Shown piece by piece: positions 19,286 to 30,184 of a DNA stretch of 64,000 nucleotides (positions are counted from its first letter, which is position 1; every line of letters starts with the position of its first letter). Position numbers and translations under genes: made by a program. Where the stretch lies: assembly GCA_019358915.1 (NCBI GenBank), contig JAHHIM010000001.1, positions 232,386 to 296,385 of the forward strand, in the 5' to 3' direction. Below the pieces are notes generated by a model, which saw only the letters and a program-made list of their open reading frames with translations, did no database searches and was not told the origin of the DNA. This stretch comes from Trichormus sp. ATA11-4-KO1 (lineage in GTDB: Bacteria; Cyanobacteriota; Cyanobacteriia; Cyanobacteriales; Nostocaceae).

Positions 19286-20602
19286 TCATAAATAATACTT
19301 CTGTCGTTGCCGAAAATTTGCTACCGATTCTACTATTCCTAAAGCAATGAAATTGGTAAGCATGGCTGAACGACCATAACTCATCCAAGGCAGAGGAATT
19401 CCGGCTACAGGTGCTAAACCAACAGTCATACCTACGTTAATAATTAACTGAAACACAATCATTGACAACACACCAATAGCTAATAACGAGCCAAAATTGT
19501 CCTTGGCGTTTTGAGCTACATGCAGCAGACGAAAGCAAATCAAGCAGAAGACAAACAATACTACCAAACAACCAACAAAACCGAATTCTTCGCCCACTGC
19601 GGAGAAAATGAAGTCTGTATGCTGTTCTGGCACGAAATTCAGTTGTGTCATTGGCCCTTTGAACAGACCCCATCCCCAAACTTCACCAGCACCAATAGCG
19701 ATGCGAGATTGGATGAGGTGATAGCCTGCGCCTAATGGATCGTGGTCGGGATTAATAAATACACTCAGCCTGTCTTTTTGATACTCTTTCAATATATGAT
19801 TCCAGGCAAAAACACCTAGTTCGCCACCCATGAAATTGACAACCGATGCACCTATACCATTGAGGGCAAAGCGACGCCAAGGAAGAGTTTGCCAAGCCAA
19901 AATACCCATAGCCCCTACCCAAACTAACCCTAAAGGTCCAAAAGATAGTTCTTTAAATAAAATGATCGGCTCTGGTAAGGGCCAGCTTATACTAAAAAGA
20001 ATGGCTGAAATCACAGGAGAAACCATCAATATCAGCCAGCCAGGATTAGCATTTGCCCAGTACAGCATCCCTAAGGTGATCGCCGCAAATACTAGTGATG
20101 TTGCCAAATCTGGCTGTAAAAATATCAATGCCCAAGGAACAGCAGTAATTAAAAGAGCGCGGAACACACTGTCGAGACTGGAAGCTGTACGCCTGTGTAA
20201 TAAAGCCGCTAAGGTGATAATTATCCCTATTTTGGCAAATTCTGAAGGTTGCACATTAAAACCACCGATAGGAATCCATCGCTGTGCTCCTTTAGCGCTA
20301 GTGCCAATGATCATCACGGCAACCAGGCTGAGGTTGGTCAGTGAGTAAGTTATCCAATGCCATTGAATGAGATTTTCGTAATGGATGCGAGCTAAAAACA
20401 ACGCTATCAAACCCCCAATACCAGCTACTAGCCAGTGCCACCACCAATCAGTAACTGGCTGCGTCAGTTCCGTACTGAGAATCATAATGCCGCCAAAAAT
20501 ACTGAGTCCAATAGGCAGAAAAAATAGTGGCCAATCTACTTGTTGCCAGGGCTTTACCCAATACTTCCAGCGAATTTTGGGGAGCGATCGTTTGAATAAC
20601 AT
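19286..20602 (-). CDS. rodA: Rod shape-determining protein RodA
   Basis: GAQRWI, QPSEFAK, QPDL, PEQHTDFIF, GIPLPWMSYG. Confidence 0.93.
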   Translation of the reverse strand: MLFKRSLPKIRWKYWVKPWQQVDWPLFFLPIGLSIFGGIMILSTELTQPVTDWWWHWLVAGIGGLIALFLARIHYENLIQWHWITYSLTNLSLVAVMIIGTSAKGAQRWIPIGGFNVQPSEFAKIGIIITLAALLHRRTASSLDSVFRALLITAVPWALIFLQPDLATSLVFAAITLGMLYWANANPGWLILMVSPVISAILFSISWPLPEPIILFKELSFGPLGLVWVGAMGILAWQTLPWRRFALNGIGASVVNFMGGELGVFAWNHILKEYQKDRLSVFINPDHDPLGAGYHLIQSRIAIGAGEVWGWGLFKGPMTQLNFVPEQHTDFIFSAVGEEFGFVGCLVVLFVFCLICFRLLHVAQNAKDNFGSLLAIGVLSMIVFQLIINVGMTVGLAPVAGIPLPWMSYGRSAMLTNFIALGIVESVANFRQRQKYYL

Positions 20603-20650
20603 TGTGCGATAGTTGTGTGATTCTAGACTTTAAGTGTGAGTATTTACACT

Positions 20651-20770
20651 GGGGAATGGGGAATGGGGAATGGGGAATGGGGAATGGGGAATGGAGAAAA
20701 AATACTCCCTCATCCCCTTCATCCCCCTCATCTCCCCCTGCTCCCCTGCTCCCTGCGCCCTCATCCCTGC
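20651..20770. repeat. STRR cluster: GGGGAAT x6 plus CCCCTCAT/CCCCTGCT repeats
   Basis: Tandem 7-9-mers in the intergenic region. Confidence 0.9.
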
Positions 20771-20842
20771 TTCTTCTCACGATGGCGAATAATCTGTATT
20801 CCCAGGCTACAGCCCAGGAATCAGAAAAGAATTAAAAATTGA

Positions 20843-21913
20843 TTATGTCAGGGCGGCAACTGATACTTTGCCAGCGATATTGAGAGCGATCGCTGTTAAT
20901 GCTTTTGCCGAAGCTGAATCAGGATCAGCCACGACTATCGGCACACCGCTATCACCACCAACTCTTGTGGAAATCTCCAGTGGGATACAACCCAGTAAAG
21001 GTACTTCCAACTCAGCTGCTGTTTTGGCACCACCACCTGAACCAAAGATGTCATACTGCTTATCTGGCATATCTGGGGGAATAAAGTAGCTCATATTTTC
21101 TACTATTCCCAAAACAGGGACGTTCATTTGCTGGAACATCCGCAATCCTTTGCGGGAATCTAACAGCGCTACAGTTTGCGGTGTAGTCACAATTACTGCC
21201 CCTGACATTGGTACTGCTTGGGTTAAAGTTAACTGAGCATCGCCAGTTCCCGGCGGCATATCGACGATTAAATAGTCAAGTTCTCCCCATTCCACTTGAT
21301 AGAGAAATTGGCGAATTACTCCATTGAGCATAGGCCCGCGCCAGATCACTGGCTGATCTCGGTCAATCAAAAAGCCCATTGAGACTAACTTAACGCCGTG
21401 ATTAAAAGCAGGCTCTAAAACTTCACCTTTTTCTGTGGAACGCACAACAATTTGAGCGTCAGCTAGCCCCAGCATAGTAGGATCATTTGGCCCATAAATA
21501 TCGGCATCAAGTAACCCAACTTTGGCTCCTGTTTGTGCTAAAGCCACAGCTACATTCACCGCTACCGTACTTTTACCTACACCGCCTTTACCACTGGAAA
21601 CAGCCAAAATATTTTTAACGCCATTAATACCACTGCGATCGGGCAAGCTTTTTTGTTGGGGTGTTTCTGCTGTGACTTCTACACTTACTTCTGCAACCCC
21701 TGGTAGCTTTTTAACAGCTTTTTCGCAATCTTCAACGATAAACTCACGTAAGGGACAGGCGGGTGTAGTCAACACCAAAGTGAAACTAACCTTACCAGCG
21801 TCAATTTTGACGTTGCGAATCATATTCAGTTCTACCAAACTCTTGCGGAGTTCGGGATCTTGCACTGGTCGCAACACTTCTAAGACAGATTGGGAATCGA
21901 GAACATCGTACAT
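20843..21913 (-). CDS. mrp: Mrp/NBP35 Fe-S carrier ATPase
   Basis: SGKGGVGKST, DADIYGP, WRGPM, DMPPGTGD, N-terminal TTPACP. Confidence 0.95.
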   Translation of the reverse strand: MYDVLDSQSVLEVLRPVQDPELRKSLVELNMIRNVKIDAGKVSFTLVLTTPACPLREFIVEDCEKAVKKLPGVAEVSVEVTAETPQQKSLPDRSGINGVKNILAVSSGKGGVGKSTVAVNVAVALAQTGAKVGLLDADIYGPNDPTMLGLADAQIVVRSTEKGEVLEPAFNHGVKLVSMGFLIDRDQPVIWRGPMLNGVIRQFLYQVEWGELDYLIVDMPPGTGDAQLTLTQAVPMSGAVIVTTPQTVALLDSRKGLRMFQQMNVPVLGIVENMSYFIPPDMPDKQYDIFGSGGGAKTAAELEVPLLGCIPLEISTRVGGDSGVPIVVADPDSASAKALTAIALNIAGKVSVAALT

Positions 21914-22061
21914 ACTGTTTTCACTGTTACCGCAGTAACAAAATTTAAGAAAATTTTATTATCATCTACTTAAAATCTTAACTTTCTTTAGGAAATAGGG
22001 AATAGGGAGTGGGGATGAAGGGAAAAGGAACGAATTTTCTCAATGCCCCATGCCCAACGCC

Positions 22062-22586
22062 CTAAAAATCAAAACAACTATCGTTAAGAGATTTTTTCTT
22101 CCCTGACACCGCTTGCAATGCGGTTTTTTCTACGGACTCGACTAAGGAACGTGCTACACGGTCTGCATAAGGCCGAGATAATGACCAAATGAGGGGCGAT
22201 AACCAACCCCGTAGGATGACTGAATACGAAACACAAGTGCCACAGACTGTTGATTCTACTCGGTAAGTAACTCGTTCTTCGACACCAGGAATCGCTAATA
22301 CACGGATACTTAGCATTTCTTTAGGATTAACACGCTCCACAAAAATCCGGATGGGAATCGGCGAAAAGCGTGTCACCGCTTGGTAAATTAATCCAGGTTT
22401 GGGTACTAATCCATAGGGAACGTTGGTACTTTTAAGCAGTGGATGCCAGGAAACGTCTGTTAAGTCAACCACCTTCAGCCACAGTTCATCTACAGAAGCA
22501 GAACTAATTTCTTGATACGTCCGTACCAGAGAAGCGCAAAATCGACGACGTTTGCGGTGGATGAATTTGGATAAACAGCCTCGCAT
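22062..22586 (-). CDS. SRPBCC/polyketide-cyclase-like protein
   Basis: LWLKVVDLTDVSWHP pattern; GAGGAGG RBS before MRGCLSK. Confidence 0.7.
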   Translation of the reverse strand: MRGCLSKFIHRKRRRFCASLVRTYQEISSASVDELWLKVVDLTDVSWHPLLKSTNVPYGLVPKPGLIYQAVTRFSPIPIRIFVERVNPKEMLSIRVLAIPGVEERVTYRVESTVCGTCVSYSVILRGWLSPLIWSLSRPYADRVARSLVESVEKTALQAVSGKKKSLNDSCFDF

Positions 22587-22951
22587 TTGCCTAATCCTCC
22601 TCTCGCTACGCACTTGCTTGCTAGTAACTGTAACCGTGGCTTGCCCTGGCTCACAGTATCTCATTAGTCACGACATCAAGGTCTCAAGGTAGAGAATGTT
22701 TGTAGACTAATTCACCAGAGTCTGGCAATGTTTCTATCAAGAAGTGCAAAAAAAACTCGGTCAATATACAAGCCTATACGCATTTGAGGGAAAATAACTC
22801 TAGTCATGCACATCAATTGTGTAAATCCTTGATCAGAAAGAGAAAAGCAGATTGGGCAAATTCAGCCAGGTGATCGGCTCGTATTGCCTACAAATTTGTC
22901 AATTGAAAAATTTGTGGCTTTTTGGAAATTGTATTTTAGGTTCGGGAATCT

Positions 22952-23998
22952 ATGTTGACCAACTCTCAAACGCCAACTGTAGAAGCAGCATCATCTAAGT
23001 TCTTACCACCAAATGACGCGAAGACAAGGGTGCGTCAGTTTATGCAACGGTTGCAAGACGAAATTTCTCAACGGTTAGCGGAACTGGATGGTGTCGGTAA
23101 ATTTAATGAAGATGGTTGGGAACGCCCAGAAGGAGGTGGTGGGCGATCGCGCATATTACGCGATGGAGCAATCTTTGAACAAGCAGGTGTAGGTTTCTCT
23201 GAAGTTTGGGGTGATCATCTGCCGCCCTCAATTTTAGCCCAGCGACCAGATGCAGAAGGACACAGCTTTTATGTCACTGGCACTTCCATGGTGTTACATC
23301 CCCGTAATCCCTATGTACCTACAGTCCATTTAAATTATCGCTATTTTGAAGCTGGCCCAGTCTGGTGGTTTGGTGGTGGTGTTGACCTGACACCCTATTA
23401 CCCTTTTGCCGAAGATGCCAAACATTTACATCAAACCCTGAAGCAAGCTTGCGATCAACATCACCCAGAGTATTATCCAGTGTTTAAGCGCTGGTGTGAT
23501 GAATATTTCTACCTCAAGCATCGGAATGAGACACGGGGTGTGGGTGGTCTATTTTTTGATTATCAACACAGTCAAAGTGCTTTGTATGGTGGTCCCGATC
23601 CTCATGGGGCGGCGGCTGCTTACAGTAATCAGGTAGAAAAACTAGCACCACGCACTTGGGAAGAATTGTTTGCTTTTGTTCAAGACTGTGGTAGAGCCTT
23701 TTTACCCGCTTATGTGCCAATTGTCGAACGGCGACAGGGGATGGAATATGGCGATCGCGAACGTAATTTCCAACTTTACCGTCGCGGTAGGTACGTAGAA
23801 TTTAACTTGGTTTATGACCGAGGCACAATTTTTGGACTGCAAACCAACGGACGTACAGAATCTATTCTCATGTCTTTACCACCCTTAGTGCGCTGGGAAT
23901 ATGGGTATAAACCAGAACCTGGTTCTCCGGAAGCCAAGTTGTATGAAACTTTCCTGAAACCTCAAGATTGGATCAACTTCAAAAGTACTGAGTGCTAA
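22952..23998 (+). CDS. hemF: Oxygen-dependent coproporphyrinogen III oxidase
   Basis: [37 protein letters not shown]. Confidence 0.97.
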   Translation: MLTNSQTPTVEAASSKFLPPNDAKTRVRQFMQRLQDEISQRLAELDGVGKFNEDGWERPEGGGGRSRILRDGAIFEQAGVGFSEVWGDHLPPSILAQRPDAEGHSFYVTGTSMVLHPRNPYVPTVHLNYRYFEAGPVWWFGGGVDLTPYYPFAEDAKHLHQTLKQACDQHHPEYYPVFKRWCDEYFYLKHRNETRGVGGLFFDYQHSQSALYGGPDPHGAAAAYSNQVEKLAPRTWEELFAFVQDCGRAFLPAYVPIVERRQGMEYGDRERNFQLYRRGRYVEFNLVYDRGTIFGLQTNGRTESILMSLPPLVRWEYGYKPEPGSPEAKLYETFLKPQDWINFKSTEC

Positions 23999-23999
23999 G

Positions 24000-24385
24000 T
24001 CACCGCAATTTGCCTGGAGGTCAACTAATGCCACCCGTTACCTCTTACAGACGAGCTACGCTAACACATCGGGTAACCCGCACGAGTCACTTACTATCTG
24101 AAGAAACCCTGATGTACTGGTTCCTCCTGGCAACTTCTCGCTATGTACAGTCTAGTAAGAGAATTTGAGGTCATTAGTGCCTGCGGTGTTGTTTTTACTT
24201 AGCAACGCCAGATGACACGCCAGTTCGTACTCTGCGGGCAGCCCCGTCCACGCGGCTGGCTCCTCCACTTGGGATTTCACCAAAACTAATGTTCGGGCAC
24301 GTCTAAGGGCGATAAGCGCAGTTATGCCCTTGACGGAAACCGCCAAGACGGAGGCTGCTTCACCACACTGGCTCCTCAGCACTAA
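24000..24385. repeat. GC-rich patch of degenerate nested short dispersed repeats
   Basis: Recurring ACGCCAG..., CTGGCTCCTC/CTGGTTCCTC (x3) and GGAAACC/GGTAACC units ending in a CTCAGCA STRR. Confidence 0.55.
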
Positions 24386-24644
24386 AAAAAGCTACTCAGC
24401 AACGTTTTGGTGAGTTAAACTACTAAAAGTAAGCACTTAGCAAAAAAAAGTGATAATTTTAGCTGTTACTTGTTAATCTCAAGTATCAGTACTTAATAAT
24501 TTTGTGAGTGGTGAGTCAACAAATTTAACCTCTCTCTGGAAACCCTTCTAGTGATGAGAAAGTTAAAATTACTCAAAAATCACATTTTTTGACTCACCAA
24601 TCCCAGACTAAATTTTAGTTAGAATTGTGCCACGGGGAGGCTTA

Positions 24645-25013
24645 GTGATTCAGATAGAACAAACAACCTATACAACCCAAGACGGCAATACCGTTATTGT
24701 CTTAACACCAGCAGGTCGCCTGGATATCACCACAGCTTGGCAATTTCGCCTGAAGTTACAGGAATGTATTTCCAAACTCAGCCGCCATGTAGTTGTGAAT
24801 CTCGGTCAGGTAAATTTTATTGATAGTTCTGGACTCACGTCTTTGGTTGCTGGAATGCGTGATGCTGATAAAGTCAAGGGCAGTTTCCGCATCTGCAATG
24901 TACATCCAGAAGCCAAACTCGTGTTTGAAGTCACGATGATGGATACAGTATTTGAAATCTTTGAAACTGAGGAAGAAGCTTTAGAAGGTGTACCTCGTAG
25001 TATTGCTAGCTAG
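24645..25013 (+). CDS. STAS-domain anti-sigma factor antagonist
   Basis: GRLDI, VNFIDSSGL; GTG start after GGAGG. Confidence 0.92.
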   Translation: MIQIEQTTYTTQDGNTVIVLTPAGRLDITTAWQFRLKLQECISKLSRHVVVNLGQVNFIDSSGLTSLVAGMRDADKVKGSFRICNVHPEAKLVFEVTMMDTVFEIFETEEEALEGVPRSIAS

Positions 25014-25035
25014 AACAGTGCTAAGTGCTGAGTGT

Positions 25036-25632
25036 TCAATACTGTTCTCGCTTAGTGTAGCGATAAGGCCCTAAAATTGCGCCCCAGGTTGCTTTTCCGG
25101 TATCCGAGTCAATTCCTTTGTCGTAGCTGTTAAAATCTGTCGCCGTAGCTGCAAATCCTAGGGAAACTTGTATGCTCTGGCTCAGATAAATAAACCTGCA
25201 ACAAGTATCAGGAGGTTGAGTAGCCACAAACTTATAGCTATTGTGGGCTAGTGTTTGTTGGGTAATTGTCAGGATGCAGCCTGGTAGTAAATCTAATTGA
25301 TCCAGCGTCAATGTGTTAAGTAAAGCAGGATTACGACCTGCACCACTTAATGAACTTGGATCTTTGAGCATATAATATTGTAACTGCAAGGGTGCATCAG
25401 CGTCGTGCCCTGGCATTAGCCGCATAATTCGCTGGCGATAAGGGCGGTCTAAGTTGACAAGATTAGCTTGCTCGGCAAACAAGGTGATACTGTCTTCTGT
25501 AAACAAATTGATTGGTCTTTGCCAAAGACGCAGATGAACATACCAAGCAGGATCTGCCAAAGCTTGTTCCCGATTATCGAATTCACCAGCCAGGTACTTA
25601 CCTAAGGCAATTAAGTGCGGCGAAAAATTCAT
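25036..25632 (-). CDS. CpcT/CpeT-type chromophore lyase
   Basis: AGEFDNREQA, PYRQR, GCIL, DKG...WG; start MNFSPHL (the upstream ORF extension is STRR). Confidence 0.88.
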   Translation of the reverse strand: MNFSPHLIALGKYLAGEFDNREQALADPAWYVHLRLWQRPINLFTEDSITLFAEQANLVNLDRPYRQRIMRLMPGHDADAPLQLQYYMLKDPSSLSGAGRNPALLNTLTLDQLDLLPGCILTITQQTLAHNSYKFVATQPPDTCCRFIYLSQSIQVSLGFAATATDFNSYDKGIDSDTGKATWGAILGPYRYTKREQY

Positions 25633-25873
25633 AAATTGTGATGCACATTCACATTTAATCCTAATTTTTGCCTGGATTTTTAGTAAAGAGGGGTCATACC
25701 CCCCAGTCAGTGGGGAGTGGGAGATGGGGGGATGAGAGGAATGAAGGGGATGAGATTGTGACTTCCCAATGACTAATGACCAATAACCAATTCGGAAACC
25801 TGAACTTGGCAAATTAGCCTTTAAGCGAGAAAATATAAAGAACGTCGCCCTTAACATTCTTAACATTTTCTTT

Positions 25874-26581
25874 GTGAATAACGTCCGTACTGTTTCTGAT
25901 ACAAAGCGAACTTTTTACTCCCTTCACACCCGGCCAATCAATACGATTTATCGTCGAGTGGTAGAAGAGTTGATGGTAGAAATGCATCTACTGTCAGTAA
26001 ATATTGATTTTACCTACAATCCAATTTATGCCTTGGGCGTCGTCACAACCTTTGACCGCTTTATGCAAGGCTACCAACCAGAACGAGATCGGGAATCGAT
26101 TTTTAATGCTCTATGTCAGGCTGTAGAGCAAGAACCGCAACGCTACCGACAGGATGCTGAACGGCTGCAAGCTTTAGCTAAAGACTTACCAGTGAATGAT
26201 TTAATTGCATGGTTAAGTCAAACCACTCATTTAGATCGAGATCCTGATTTACAAGCACAATTGCAAGCGATCGCCAATAATACTAACTTTAAGTACAGCC
26301 GTTTGTTTGCAGTTGGTTTATTCTCGTTGTTGGAACAGTCAGATCCAGAATTAGTTAAGGATGAAAAGCAGCGTCTTGAAGCATTAAAAACCATTGCTGC
26401 TGGCTTACATCTATCTGATGAAAAACTCAGCAAGGATTTGGAACTATACAGTTCTAATTTAGAGAAAATGGCTCAAGCGCTGCTCGTGATGGCAGATATG
26501 CTTTCAGCTGATCGCAAAAAACGCGAACAGCGCCAACAACAAGCCAATACTCCAGTTGCTCCCCCAACTACTAATGAATAG
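25874..26581 (+). CDS. psb29: Photosystem II biogenesis protein Psb29/Thf1
   Basis: RTVSDTKRTFY..RPINTIYRRVVEELMVEMHL, FKYSRLFAVG. Confidence 0.95.
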   Translation: MNNVRTVSDTKRTFYSLHTRPINTIYRRVVEELMVEMHLLSVNIDFTYNPIYALGVVTTFDRFMQGYQPERDRESIFNALCQAVEQEPQRYRQDAERLQALAKDLPVNDLIAWLSQTTHLDRDPDLQAQLQAIANNTNFKYSRLFAVGLFSLLEQSDPELVKDEKQRLEALKTIAAGLHLSDEKLSKDLELYSSNLEKMAQALLVMADMLSADRKKREQRQQQANTPVAPPTTNE

Positions 26582-26601
26582 TTAAACAAGTAGCCAGAAT
26601 G

Positions 26602-26646
26602 ATTCGTAATTGATAATTCGTAATTCGTAATTCGTAATTCGTAATT
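26602..26646. repeat. AATTCGT STRR array (inverted partner at ~26869-26891)
   Basis: Tandem heptamers; complementary AATTACG array downstream of the convergent gene. Confidence 0.85.
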
Positions 26647-26698
26647 GTTACCCCTCAATAATATTGAGGGGAATAAATTTCATTTTTTCCATCAATTA

Positions 26699-26839
26699 AC
26701 GTAAGTTCGACAAGTGGAAAAAACCTCTCCCCTGCAAGGGGAGAGGCTGTGAAACATTGATTTTTAGTTGAAAACCAGGGAGATTTTTGCCCCTCTCCGA
26801 TGCGGAGAGGGGTAGGGGTGAGGTTCATGGAATGCACGT
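26699..26839. mobile_element. MITE with ACGT.. termini (IS982-like ends) and internal CCTCTCC..GGAGAGG hairpins
   Basis: Ends ACGTAAGTTCGA / TGGAATGCACGT; flanking direct repeat CAATTA. Confidence 0.7.
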
Positions 26840-26903
26840 CAATTAAGTTGAGGAATTATATCCTTAAATAATTACGAATTACGAACTACGAGTTAGTAAT
26901 TAT

Positions 26904-27266
26904 TTACACTCCTAACAACTTGTAAACCAGGCTGTTGATGATGGTAAGTGCAAAAGCCCCTAGTACAGCACTCCAAATCCCAAAACGTAAGCGAAATCCC
27001 TCTACTAACCAAGCTGCGATACTAAAACAGACAACGGCAATCATAAATGTGAAAATGCCGGATAGCAAGTTAAAGGTGAGTAAGTCTGGGACTGCAAATA
27101 TTAGGCGTAAAATCGGTCTCACTACTGCTGTGACAATACCGAGAACTGCTGCTGAAAAAAAGGCTTTTTGTGGAGAGTCAACTTCCACACCCAAAGGCAG
27201 CTTACTAATAATCAACAAGCTGATAGATGTTACTACCCAAACAATTAAAAGCGTCACAATATTCAT
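26904..27266 (-). CDS. Phage holin family (YvlD/DUF360) membrane protein
   Basis: Four TM segments; GVEVDS..A..LGIV...VRPIL; LVEGFRL. Confidence 0.85.
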   Translation of the reverse strand: MNIVTLLIVWVVTSISLLIISKLPLGVEVDSPQKAFFSAAVLGIVTAVVRPILRLIFAVPDLLTFNLLSGIFTFMIAVVCFSIAAWLVEGFRLRFGIWSAVLGAFALTIINSLVYKLLGV

Positions 27267-27480
27267 GCCACAAGCCTTGAAACGCGAATGGTGATTGGCG
27301 GTAAATCACTAGGTCTATCGATAGAGAAATTTTTGAAGCTTAACCAATTATTTGTAAATTAGCAGATATTTGTCTCTAATCGAAATTTATTTTAGATATC
27401 TTTAGGTTTAGTCAAACAAGAGGAAAGGATTGGGGAGCAAGGGAGAAAATTCTTTGCCCTGCTCCCTGCTTCTCTGCTGT

Positions 27481-28140
27481 TTAAGGGACAGAATTGTTTG
27501 TTTCAGGTGCAGCAGGCGCTTGAGGCGCTAGTTCGTTGGGCATAACTGGAGGAATTCCCGGACTAATGCCTTGTCCAGAGGGGATTTGATTGGGGTTTAC
27601 GGGGAAGTTGGGATTAAAATTGTCTGGTGGATTAATTCCCGGAACTGGTGTAGGCGCTTGTCCAGGATTAGTAGGGAAATTAGGAGATGTCGGTAAATTA
27701 GGTGAGAAGTTAGGTATTGGAGATGGTCCGGGGATAATTCCCAAAGACACGCGATCGCCACCGACTTGCCGCATCAAATCCAATATCTCAATGACATCAT
27801 TGTAGGTTGCTGTGCGTGAGGCATTTAGCACCAAAATGCCATTGGGATTTGCTTGGAGATACTGCGTTAATCTTTGTGCTAACTCGTCTCGTCTTACAGG
27901 CTGTTTTTCGATGTAAATATTACCGACAGCATCAATAGTGACAATTTGACTGCCACTTTGGGACGTGACACCAGGAACTGTACTTGTGCTAGCTTTGGGC
28001 AAATCAACATTAATTGCCTGTTGTCGAGTAAATTGCAAAGCTGCTAACAAAAAAAACGTCAAGATACAAAAAACGACATCAATTAAGGGAATAATTTGAA
28101 TTTGTGCTTCTTCTACTGGAGTATGCAGATTAACTTTCAT
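27481..28140 (-). CDS. exbD: ExbD/TolR biopolymer transporter with Pro/Asn-rich tail
   Basis: IIPLIDVVFCILTFFLL, VDLPKA. Confidence 0.9.
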   Translation of the reverse strand: MKVNLHTPVEEAQIQIIPLIDVVFCILTFFLLAALQFTRQQAINVDLPKASTSTVPGVTSQSGSQIVTIDAVGNIYIEKQPVRRDELAQRLTQYLQANPNGILVLNASRTATYNDVIEILDLMRQVGGDRVSLGIIPGPSPIPNFSPNLPTSPNFPTNPGQAPTPVPGINPPDNFNPNFPVNPNQIPSGQGISPGIPPVMPNELAPQAPAAPETNNSVP

Positions 28141-28179
28141 GTCTCACTTTTACCCATGATGCGGGTGTTGAATTCTTGA

Positions 28180-28938
28180 CTATTGCTCAGAATCTAATGG
28201 ATCACTTGTCGTTGGGGGTTCAGGAGGTTTAGGAAACGGGTTTTTGCCTCGCTTGCGGGGCGGATTCAAACTTTCCCGTGAAGATTCCCCCACAATTATT
28301 GAGGTACTTTTGTCCAAGTCAGGGGGGGACTGGCGATATAATAATTCCATTTCATTTCCCGCCTTGCGAAAAACTTTCACTTGGTCAACGACAAAACTCT
28401 GAAATAGGCGGTAGAACACTAAACTAACAATGGCAACGATGAGTCCAGCCGCAGTACTTATTAAGGATTCGCCAATACCAGTAGTCACACCAGCTGTAGA
28501 TTCAGTTCCCAAATCACCAATGCGAATTGAGCGTAAAGACTGGATTAAACCTAGAACCGTACCCAGTAATCCCAAAAGTGGCGAGAGAGCAATCACCGCT
28601 TCTAAAAGTTTTTCACCGCGTCGCATTCCCGCTAATTCATCTTCGGCGGTGGACTCCAATGCTAGTCGAAAGGTTTCCGCATCACGTTTTGGGTAGCTTA
28701 AGGGAGCGTAGAGAAAACGTCCTATGGGTTGATGAGTGGCATTTCTGGCAATGTCCGCAGCTACTTCCCAATTATCATGGGCCGCATCTAAAACCCGATC
28801 AACTATTTCCTTTTCTTGCGTCAAAATTCTTAGCCAGAACCACAAACGCTCGAATATTACACTTAAAGACAAAATTGACAGTACAAGTAAGGGCCACATT
28901 GCTGGCCCACCCTTTTCAAACAAATCTAAAATATCCAC
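28180..28938 (-). CDS. exbB: MotA/TolQ/ExbB proton channel
   Basis: [27 protein letters not shown]. Confidence 0.9.
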   Translation of the reverse strand: MDILDLFEKGGPAMWPLLVLSILSLSVIFERLWFWLRILTQEKEIVDRVLDAAHDNWEVAADIARNATHQPIGRFLYAPLSYPKRDAETFRLALESTAEDELAGMRRGEKLLEAVIALSPLLGLLGTVLGLIQSLRSIRIGDLGTESTAGVTTGIGESLISTAAGLIVAIVSLVFYRLFQSFVVDQVKVFRKAGNEMELLYRQSPPDLDKSTSIIVGESSRESLNPPRKRGKNPFPKPPEPPTTSDPLDSEQ

Positions 28939-29142
28939 TGGTTAGGTTTCCTCCCTCCATTGATAAAGCAAGTATCCCCAAGCATTTTAAGGCCAAAGAT
29001 TAATGCACAATTATCATATTCTTGAGCAGCATCGCAGGGTCAGTATTTGGAGTAGCGTCTTCCATACTAACTGGGGCGGTTATTCCCACCGCAAGTTGGC
29101 AGCATAATTTGTCAAAATTAAAAATAACTGGAGGGTCAAAAC

Positions 29143-29439
29143 ATGAACTTTTCAATTCAATCACTGTACACCTGGTATCGGAGTTTGCTGCGAAATTCCA
29201 AGTACCGCTTGTGGGTAATTTTAGGAACACTAGTTTATCTTCTTAGCCCTATTGACATTATTCCAGATGTGTTTCCCGTTGTTGGGCAAATTGACGATGT
29301 GGTAATTTTGTCTTTGCTAGTTTCTGAGTTATCTGGACTAGCGATCGCGGGTTGGAAAGCACGTAAAGGCACTAATAACAGCGAGGATGCTAGCCCTAGC
29401 GCCAAAACTGTTGATGTTGATGCGGTATCTGTAAAGTAG
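29143..29439 (+). CDS. YkvA/DUF1232 family protein
   Basis: YLLSPIDIIPDVFPVVGQIDD. Confidence 0.9.
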   Translation: MNFSIQSLYTWYRSLLRNSKYRLWVILGTLVYLLSPIDIIPDVFPVVGQIDDVVILSLLVSELSGLAIAGWKARKGTNNSEDASPSAKTVDVDAVSVK

Positions 29440-29496
29440 GATTTTCAACGCAGAGGCTGGCAAAATGAAAGTTAGAAGTTGTTAGCTATGCGTTTT

Positions 29497-30102
29497 TCAA
29501 TTATGCATAATGTCGTCAAGTTTAAGTTGTAAATTTGGCAAGAGAGCAGAGAAAATCCGATCTCCTAAACGATATTGTTGCTGTTGATACACACCATTAA
29601 CTAACTTACAGATGGTGAAGGTGGGTTGTTTGGGATTACCGATAAATTGCAAACCACCCAAGCCACGAAAATCCACAATCCAATATTCTGGAATATTCAG
29701 AAAAGCATATTCTTCCACTTTTCTTGCATAATCGTCTTGCCAATTTGTGCTAACAACTTCAGCAACAAGTTGAATTGTACTACCGTTACAAACAATAGGT
29801 TCTTTTTGCCAGAGAGGTTCTTTACTAAGTTCTGCTTTATCTAAAACAATTACGTCAGGACGCAGCGCTGTAGCTTCAGCAGCAGGTGGTTTTATTAAGC
29901 AAGTTTTGGGAACTAACCAGTTAAAATTAGAACTAAAAATTTCTACATAGATTCTACCCGCAATACTCCCGGCAACAGCTTCGTGAGGACCCGTAGGCTC
30001 CATGTCTCTTAGCTCTCCGTCGATTAGTTCATAGCGTGTATTGTCACTATATTGGGCTATAAATTCGTCAAAAGTAAGTAGTTTAGGTGGGGTGTAGGTC
30101 AT
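29497..30102 (-). CDS. Uma2 (DUF820) family endonuclease
   Basis: RYELIDG, RPDV, LVAEVVSTNW, IPEYWIVD. Confidence 0.92.
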   Translation of the reverse strand: MTYTPPKLLTFDEFIAQYSDNTRYELIDGELRDMEPTGPHEAVAGSIAGRIYVEIFSSNFNWLVPKTCLIKPPAAEATALRPDVIVLDKAELSKEPLWQKEPIVCNGSTIQLVAEVVSTNWQDDYARKVEEYAFLNIPEYWIVDFRGLGGLQFIGNPKQPTFTICKLVNGVYQQQQYRLGDRIFSALLPNLQLKLDDIMHN

Positions 30103-30184
30103 AGGTTTTGTTTTAGCTGAACGTAGGCTTATTGTCGCGGAGGCATTTCATTTATCCGTCTAGCCGTTCTGCGCTTGTTGATGT

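Noticed and set aside
20448..20842. Several overlapping ORFs of 68-110 aa
   Set aside because: Translations of STRR arrays (GEWGMGN, SPFPIPH)
24152..24382. 76-aa ORF
   Set aside because: Falls in the nested repeat patch; no recognisable protein pattern
25633..25866. N-terminal extension of the CpcT ORF
   Set aside because: Runs through STRR and promoter DNA; family similarity begins at MNFSPHL
26904..27266. Holin annotation as a prophage sign
   Set aside because: YvlD-type genes are common chromosomal genes; no phage genes nearby
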